Of a DNA stretch of 62,769 nt, positions 57,014 through 62,769 are shown piece after piece. The DNA is from an uncultured Enterobacteriaceae bacterium (lineage in GTDB: Bacteria; Myxococcota_A; UBA9042). The notes under the pieces were generated by a model that saw only the letters and a list, made by a program, of their open reading frames with translations, searched no databases and was not told the origin of the DNA. A program made the position numbers and the translations under genes. Every line of letters begins with the position of its first letter. Positions within the stretch are counted from its first letter, which is position 1. The DNA lies in assembly GCA_964356325.1 (NCBI GenBank), contig CAYHHL010000009.1:1-62769 (forward strand). Reading direction: 5' to 3'.

Positions 57014-60000
57014 ATGCGAAGTCAGCGGTCTGCACGCACGCTGCGCGTGGCGCTGTTCGCGGTGGTGTTGGCGTGCGTTTCGGCATGTCAGACTCCGGCC
57101 GCGGATGCGCCCTCTGGACAACTCGCTGACTTTGCGAGTGGTGTCGATGCCGAATTCGGGGTCGAGACCTTCGCGTTGACCACGCCGACGCTCAAGATCA
57201 CGTCGCCGGAGCCGAACAAGCAGTTCGGCACCGACTTCACCGTCGCTGGCGCCTTGAAGGTGCCGGTCTGCCTCTACCCGAGCGATGCCAACGTCGGCCT
57301 CAACGCCGGCCAGAACAAGATCGTCTGCTACTTGGACGGCGGCACGCCCCTGAGCACGGCCAAGCCAGTTCCCGCCAACGATCCGTCTGGTTGCGCGTTC
57401 AATACCTTCTCGGTCACGTTCGCGGCGGTGCCCCAGAAGCTCGGTATGCACGCCATCGAGTGCACCCTGGCCGACGCCAACGGCGCGCCGCTCACCAACG
57501 CAACCGCTCACGACGTCACGCATTTCTTCGTCACCGGCGATCCGCTCAGCGTCGATCCGGCCAACAAGTGCGGCAGTGACGCCGACTGCGACGACGGCAA
57601 CGCCTGCTCGACCACGGACAAGTGCCAGGATTTCCATTGCGTCTACTCGTACGACGCCGCGCTGACCTGCTGCAACAACAGCCTGGACTGCGTCGCGGGC
57701 GAGGCGTGCCTGAATCCGAACACCGTGACCGCCAAGTGTTCTTCGTGTCAGAACGACAGCGAGTGCAACGACAACAAGAAATGCACCACAGACAAGTGCG
57801 ATCTGAGCGGTGTCAAAGGTACTTGCGCCAACTTCAAGTTGGACCCGACCTGCTGCGAGGATGCCACCGACCTGTGCGACGACGGCAAGGCGTGCACCAA
57901 CGACAAGTGCAATGTCGTGACCGGGAAGTGCGAGCACGACCAGCCCAAAGGCGTGTGCTGTCAGGCCCAGGACTGCAACAACAGCGACGAGTGCCTGGTC
58001 GCGAGCTGCGTCGATCTCGAGTGCCGCTACGGCAAGGACATCTTCAAGCCGGACTGCTGCTCGACGATCACCAACGCCCTGTGCGACGACAAGAACCCGT
58101 GCACCATCGACAAGTGCGACCAGAGCCAGGGCGCCACGCCGAACTGGACGAAGTGCTCGCACGTCTCCGATCCGGCCAAGCCCAAGTGCTGCGACATCGT
58201 TGGCGACACCAAGTGCGACGACGGCAACATATGCACCGCGGACGTCTGCGAAGCCTTCGAGTGCAAGAACATCCCCATCGGCGAGTGCTGCGTCAAGGAC
58301 ATCGACTGCGACGACCAGAAGGAGTGCACGCAGGACAGCTGTGACGCCCAGGCCGGCAAGTGCGTGCACGCCAAGGGCGATCCGCTGTGCTGCACCGACA
58401 ATCCGGACTGCGTCGACAACCTGTTTTGCACCGTCGCGAGCTGCGACATCGCGGCCAAGAAGTGCGTGTTCTCCACGCCTGACCCGACTTGCTGTGACGC
58501 TGACGCCAGTTGCGACGATGGCAACATTTGCACCGTCGACGCCTGCGTGAACCACTACTGCGTGCACGGCCCCGACGCCAACATGACGAACTGCTGCAAC
58601 GGCCAGGCCGACTGCAACGACAACGACGTTTGCACCATCGATAGCTGCAACGTCACCTCGCACAAGTGCGAAGTCATCGACAACGGCGATCCGTCCTGCT
58701 GCCAGAACCAGCTCGACTGCGACGACCTGGACTGCTCGACGCTGAACTTCTGCGACGCCAACAACAAGTGCCAGTACAAGCCTTATCCCGAGTTGTGCAC
58801 CAAGGACGTCGAGTGCGAGGACAACGACGCCTGCACCAACGACAGTTGCGACCTCAGCTCCGGATGCGGCCAGTGCAAGCACGAGGCGAGCACGACCTGC
58901 TGCGTGGCCGACTACCAATGCGACGACAGCAAGCCCATCGGCACCACGCCGGCCAATCCCAGCGCCTCGTGTACGACCGACAAGTGCGTCGACGGCGCCT
59001 GCCAGAACAACGCGATCGCCGGCTGCTGCGTCGACGACAAGGACGCGTTGACCGCCTGCGACGACAAGAACGCTTGCACCATCGACTATTGCGTGAACAA
59101 CCAGTGCCGGCACACCGCGCCCAAGAACGGTTGCTGCGCCGCGATCGCGGACTGCAACGACGGCGACAAGTGCACGACCGACGCCTGCAAGAGCATCGAT
59201 CCGGTCACCAAGATCGGCAGTTGCACGAACCTCGCCGTGCCGGATTGCCAATGCACGCAGGCCGGCGCCTTCAACGGCTCGGAATGCAACGACGGCAACG
59301 ATTGCACCACCGACGCCTGCAGTGTCACGACCAGCAAGTGTACGCACTCGGCGATCGAGGGTTGCTGCGTCGACAAGTTCGACTGCAACGACGGCAACGC
59401 CTGCACCGCGGACTTCTGCATCCTGGCTTCGTGCTTTTACTACTCCAGCGTCGGCGGCACTGCGGTGTGCTGCTCGCCCGCCACCCAGGATGTCGATTGC
59501 GCTTACCTGAACACCGAGTGCGCCAAGGGCGTGTGCTCTGATCAGGTCGACGGCAGCAAGAAGTGCACGGCCGAAACGGTGCCGGTCTGTACGGTCAACA
59601 TCGGCTACTGTCAGGACTTTTCCGCCAGCACCAACCTGCAGGCGATGGGCTGGAATCCGGGCGATGTCTCGGGCAACGGCGCCAAGAACTGGGGCCTGGC
59701 CAAGGACGGCGCCTTGGGGCCGGATCAGCACGCGCGCTTCAGCTGGACGCCGACGACCATCAACTACAACACGTGCTTGCAGTCGCCGATCATCCAGGCG
59801 GCCGGTGCCACCACGATCACGATGCAGTTCGACCGCGAGTTCGTGTGGAACCAGGGCGAGACCGACATCACGGTGTACGGCACCTTGGACGGCGCCAACG
59901 CGGACTGGACCAATGCCACGCAAATCGACACCTTGAAGATGACCGCCGACCTCGCCGCGCAGACCGTGGACTTCACGCTGCCGGCGGAACTGTCGGGCTC

Positions 60001-62769
60001 CAACGGCCTGCGCCTGGGCATCTGCGTCCAAGGCACCAGCACGTTCAACCTGACCAGCTTCGCCCTGGACAACATCTGCATCGTCAAGGGCAACAAGCCG
60101 GTGTTCTCGAAGTGCCCGGTCAACCAGGTGGTTCCGCTCGGCGCCAAGAAGTACCTGCCGCTCAAGGCCTACGACCCGGACACCGACGCCATCCTCTCGT
60201 TCTCGCTGGTCAAAGCGCCGTCGTTCATCACCCTGACGAGCGCGCTGTACTACTGGCTCGACACCAGCTGGAACACGACCATGGTCATCGATCCGACCAC
60301 CACCGCGCACGTCGGCACCTGGCCCGTCACGATCAAGGTCAGCGACGGATCGCTCTACAGCACCTGCACTTTCGACGTCATCGTCACTTACAAGGGTGGC
60401 TACCTGGTCTGGCGCCCGAGTGAAGTGCCGGTGGCGGCTGGCGACGCGATCTTCAATTCGATCAAGTCCAAGGGCAAGATCGTCCAGCACATCAGCGACA
60501 TGAGCCTGTACCCGGACCTCGTGGGCTTTGACGGCGTGTTCGTCACCCTGGGCGTCTACCCGAACAACCACGTGCTGACCGACACCGAAGCCGGTCCGCT
60601 GTCGCTGTACCTGGCCCAGGTCGGCCACGTGTACATGGAAGGTGGCGATACTTGGGCATTCGATCCGCCCACGCAGCTGCACGCCCTGTTCAAGGTGCTG
60701 GCCCAACAGGACTCGACGCCAGCGGGGATCACCGGGCCGCTCAATGGCCTGGCGTCGCCGTACATCGACATCTTCCAGGCGCCGATCAAGACCTACAACT
60801 TCGCGTACGACCAGGGTTATGACTGGAACAACCTGAACGACATCATCACCGGCAAGGTGACGATCCACCGCACCAAGAACATCTTGTCGAACACGATGAC
60901 CACGGGCGAGATCGTCCAGGTCGCGCACGATGACGATACAGGCTATCGCTCGGTCGGTTCGACGATCTTGTTCGGCGGCGTGATCGCCGGTCCCGACGAC
61001 ATCAACGGCATGATGGGCCGCGTGCTGGACTTCTTCGACAACGGCTTCGTCGAGTGCAAGGGCGCCACCGACTGCGAAGACAACAACATCTGCACGATCG
61101 ATACTTGCGTCAGCGGCGAGTGCGGCCACAAGAGCACGTGCAGTTGTTCGGCCTCGGCGTCCCTGACCTGCGGCGAAACCTTGACGCTGGTCAGCAACGG
61201 CACCGGCTCGACCAACAGCGTCGTCGATTACGCTTGCGACACCGCGGTCAAGTACACGGGCGCGGAACAGGCCATCAAGTTCGCGACTGCGACTTCCTCG
61301 CCGGTCACCCTCACGGTCACCGGCTTGACCAACCCCGCCGCCAAGGTCTTGGTTCTCAAGGCCAACGACTCGGGCTGCGACCCGGCGGCGTGCATCGCGC
61401 TCGGCGACGCGTCCAAGCCGATCGTGTTCGCGGGCGCGGCGGGCGCTTCGTACTTCGTGGTGCTCGACGTGCCGGCTGGTGGCACCGCGCAGGCCGACGT
61501 GAAGTTCCAGTGCGGCGCTGGCGAAAACTGCTCGAACAAAGTCGACGACAACAGCAATGGCCTGGTCGACTGCGCGGACCTGCTGTCGTGCTGCGGCGAC
61601 GCGGCGTGCGGCGAAGTCTGTGACGGCTTGGACAATAACTGCGACGGCAAGGTCGACGAGGGCTGCGACGACGACGCCGACAAGTTCTGCGACAAGGACA
61701 TGACCGTCGTCAACACGCCGCCCATCTGCCCGCTCGGCGGCCTGGACTGCAACGACACGCAAGCGACCGTAAATCCAGGGACTCCCGAGATCTGCTCCAA
61801 CGGCAAGGACGACAACTGCAACGGCGTGCAGGACGAAGAGAACGCGGTGGGCTGCACCAACTTCTGGGTCGATCTCGACGGCGACGGCTTCGGCGGCGGC
61901 GTGCCCAAGTGCTTGTGCGGACCTTCGGGCGCGTTCTCGGCCAAGAAGGGCAACGACTGCAACGACGCGAACATCAAGGTGAACCCCGCGGCGATCGAGA
62001 TCTGCGGCAACACCATCGACGACGACTGCTCCGGCTCGCAGAACGACTTGAACGCCCAGGGTTGCTCGGACTTCTACACCGACAGCGACGTCGACCAGTG
62101 GGGCGCATTGCCCAAGAAGTGCCTGTGCTTCGGCGCGGGCGTGACCACTGCCACCAAGCCCGGCGACTGCAACGACAGCGACAAGCAGGTGAACCCGGAA
62201 TTGCTCGAGACCTGCAACAACCAGGACGACAACTGCAACAACGTGATCGACGAAGGTTGCGACGATGATCTGGACGGTTATTGCGACATCAACCTGGGTT
62301 ACGTGACCATCGGCGGCTCGGCCAAGCTGTGCGGCCAGGGTGCGATCGGCACCGACCTGACCGTCACCTGCGAAGCCGGCATGACGATCACCAGCGTCGA
62401 CTTCGCCAGCTACGGCACGCCGAGCGGCGGCTGCGGCACCTACCAGACCGGCGTCTGCCACGCGCCGACCTCGGCCCAGGCGGTCAAGAACCTGTGCTTG
62501 GGCAAGGCCAGTTGCACCATCGCGGTGAACAACCCGACGTTCAGCAGCGATCCGTGCCCCGGCTTTGCCAAGATCCTCGACGTTCAGGTCACTTGCACCG
62601 GCAATGGCGGCGTGGCCCCGGACGTGTGCGTCAAGGGCCCGGGCGATACCGACGACCTCGACCCGTTGATCAACCCGAACGGCAAGGAGATCTGCGACGG
62701 CAAGGACAACAACTCGGACCTCAAGGTCGACGAGGGTTGCGATGACGACGGCGACGGCTTCTGCGACGC
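57014..62769 (+). CDS. Giant Cys-rich surface lipoprotein (3' truncated): CTDC-type repeats, beta-sandwich/Ig and GATase-like domains, PPC-like domain, MopE-type repeats and a SUEL lectin domain
   Basis: ATG 57014 after AGGAGG; MRSQRSARTLRVALFAVVLACVSA|C lipobox. No stop found in the segments translated by hand, and the ORF track lists nothing ending in this frame, so it appears open to the window edge (1918 codons). About 18 C(D/N)DxxxCTxDxC repeats; ExCDGxDNxCDGxxDEGC repeats; FASYGTPSGGCG..CLGKASC..DPCPG. Confidence 0.9.
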   Translation, partial: MRSQRSARTLRVALFAVVLACVSACQTPAADAPSGQLADFASGVDAEFGVETFALTTPTLKITSPEPNKQFGTDFTVAGALKVPVCLYPSDANVGLNAGQNKIVCYLDGGTPLSTAKPVPANDPSGCAFNTFSVTFAAVPQKLGMHAIECTLADANGAPLTNATAHDVTHFFVTGDPLSVDPANKCGSDADCDDGNACSTTDKCQDFHCVYSYDAALTCCNNSLDCVAGEACLNPNTVTAKCSSCQNDSECNDNKKCTTDKCDLSGVKGTCANFKLDPTCCEDATDLCDDGKACTNDKCNVVTGKCEHDQPKGVCCQAQDCNNSDECLVASCVDLECRYGKDIFKPDCCSTITNALCDDKNPCTIDKCDQSQGATPNWTKCSHVSDPAKPKCCDIVGDTKCDDGNICTADVCEAFECKNIPIGECCVKDIDCDDQKECTQDSCDAQAGKCVHAKGDPLCCTDNPDCVDNLFCTVASCDIAAKKCVFSTPDPTCCDADASCDDGNICTVDACVNHYCVHGPDANMTNCCNGQADCNDNDVCTIDSCNVTSHKCEVIDNGDPSCCQNQLDCDDLDCSTLNFCDANNKCQYKPYPELCTKDVECEDNDACTNDSCDLSSGCGQCKHEASTTCCVADYQCDDSKPIGTTPANPSASCTTDKCVDGACQNNAIAGCCVDDKDALTACDDKNACTIDYCVNNQCRHTAPKNGCCAAIADCNDGDKCTTDACKSIDPVTKIGSCTNLAVPDCQCTQAGAFNGSECNDGNDCTTDACSVTTSKCTHSAIEGCCVDKFDCNDGNACTADFCILASCFYYSSVGGTAVCCSPATQDVDCAYLNTECAKGVCSDQVDGSKKCTAETVPVCTVNIGYCQDFSASTNLQAMGWNPGDVSGNGAKNWGLAKDGALGPDQHARFSWTPTTINYNTCLQSPIIQAAGATTITMQFDREFVWNQGETDITVYGTLDGANADWTNATQIDTLKMTADLAAQTVDFTLPAELSGSNGLRLGICVQGTSTFNLTSFALDNICIVKGNKPVFSKCPVNQVVPLGAKKYLPLKAYDPDTDAILSFSLVKAPSFITLTSALYYWLDTSWNTTMVIDPTTTAHVGTWPVTIKVSDGSLYSTCTFDVIVTYKGGYLVWRPSEVPVAAGDAIFNSIKSKGKIVQHISDMSLYPDLVGFDGVFVTLGVYPNNHVLTDTEAGPLSLYLAQVGHVYMEGGDTWAFDPPTQLHALFKVLAQQDSTPAGITGPLNGLASPYIDIFQAPIKTYNFAYDQGYDWNNLNDIITGKVTIHRTKNILSNTMTTGEIVQVAHDDDTGYRSVGSTILFGGVIAGPDDINGMMGRVLDFFDNGFVECKGATDCEDNNICTIDTCVSGECGHKSTCSCSASASLTCGETLTLVSNGTGSTNSVVDYACDTAVKYTGAEQAIKFATATSSPVTLTVTGLTNPAAKVLVLKANDSGCDPAACIALGDASKPIVFAGAAGASYFVVLDVPAGGTAQADVKFQCGAGENCSNKVDDNSNGLVDCADLLSCCGDAACGEVCDGLDNNCDGKVDEGCDDDADKFCDKDMTVVNTPPICPLGGLDCNDTQATVNPGTPEICSNGKDDNCNGVQDEENAVGCTNFWVDLDGDGFGGGVPKCLCGPSGAFSAKKGNDCNDANIKVNPAAIEICGNTIDDDCSGSQNDLNAQGCSDFYTDSDVDQWGALPKKCLCFGAGVTTATKPGDCNDSDKQVNPELLETCNNQDDNCNNVIDEGCDDDLDGYCDINLGYVTIGGSAKLCGQGAIGTDLTVTCEAGMTITSVDFASYGTPSGGCGTYQTGVCHAPTSAQAVKNLCLGKASCTIAVNNPTFSSDPCPGFAKILDVQVTCTGNGGVAPDVCVKGPGDTDDLDPLINPNGKEICDGKDNNSDLKVDEGCDDDGDGFCD

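Noticed and set aside
57570-59590. Repetitive DNA resembling a CRISPR or satellite array
   Set aside because: The repeats are degenerate, in frame and encode Cys-rich protein repeats; there are no constant repeat-spacer units and no cas genes.
56552-62461. 1969-aa minus-strand ORF
   Set aside because: Antisense shadow, in the same codon register, of the plus-strand giant lipoprotein, which has an RBS, a lipobox and recognisable repeats; the shadow protein is Val/Ala/Arg-rich with no motifs.

Overview
High-GC window from a Myxococcota-like (deltaproteobacterial, probably gliding or predatory) bacterium; the taxonomy is inferred from gene content only. Left to right: (1) a type II secretion operon gspC-D-E-F-G-H-I-J (minus strand, gspJ truncated) with a perfect sigma-54 promoter; (2) a Cys-rich lipoprotein; (3) asd, then an unusual single ORF that joins a MYXO-CTERM-type surface protein in frame to an outer-membrane beta-barrel, then truA. 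This ORF has its own sigma-54 promoter and the same upstream palindrome, at the same 106-bp spacing, as the T2SS operon; (4) a PP2C phosphatase, asnS and ihfB; (5) three tandem paralogous Ig/ASH-like stalk lipoproteins with a YfaP/DUF2135-like tip, divergent from (6) a consolidated gliding (Glt) cluster: CglB-like VWA lipoprotein, two GltB/GltA-like barrels, GltC-, GltD-, GltE- and GltF-like genes; (7) three more stalk lipoproteins (DUF2135-like tip, VWA tip, PKD-like end); (8) an orphan arginine deiminase, a HEAT-repeat lipoprotein, a triple-DsbA protein, a matrixin-like MYXO-CTERM protein with HQxxH instead of HExxH, a small Cys protein, a Ser/Thr kinase, tRNA-Gly(GCC) and a REPIN-like palindrome; (9) a giant Cys-rich lipoprotein (at least 1918 codons, runs off the window, absent from the ORF track) carrying a SUEL-type lectin domain inside a repeat. 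Best working model (inference): a co-located, partly co-regulated locus for exporting, oxidatively folding and displaying modular surface adhesins. All family names come from motif recognition by eye; no database searches were run.
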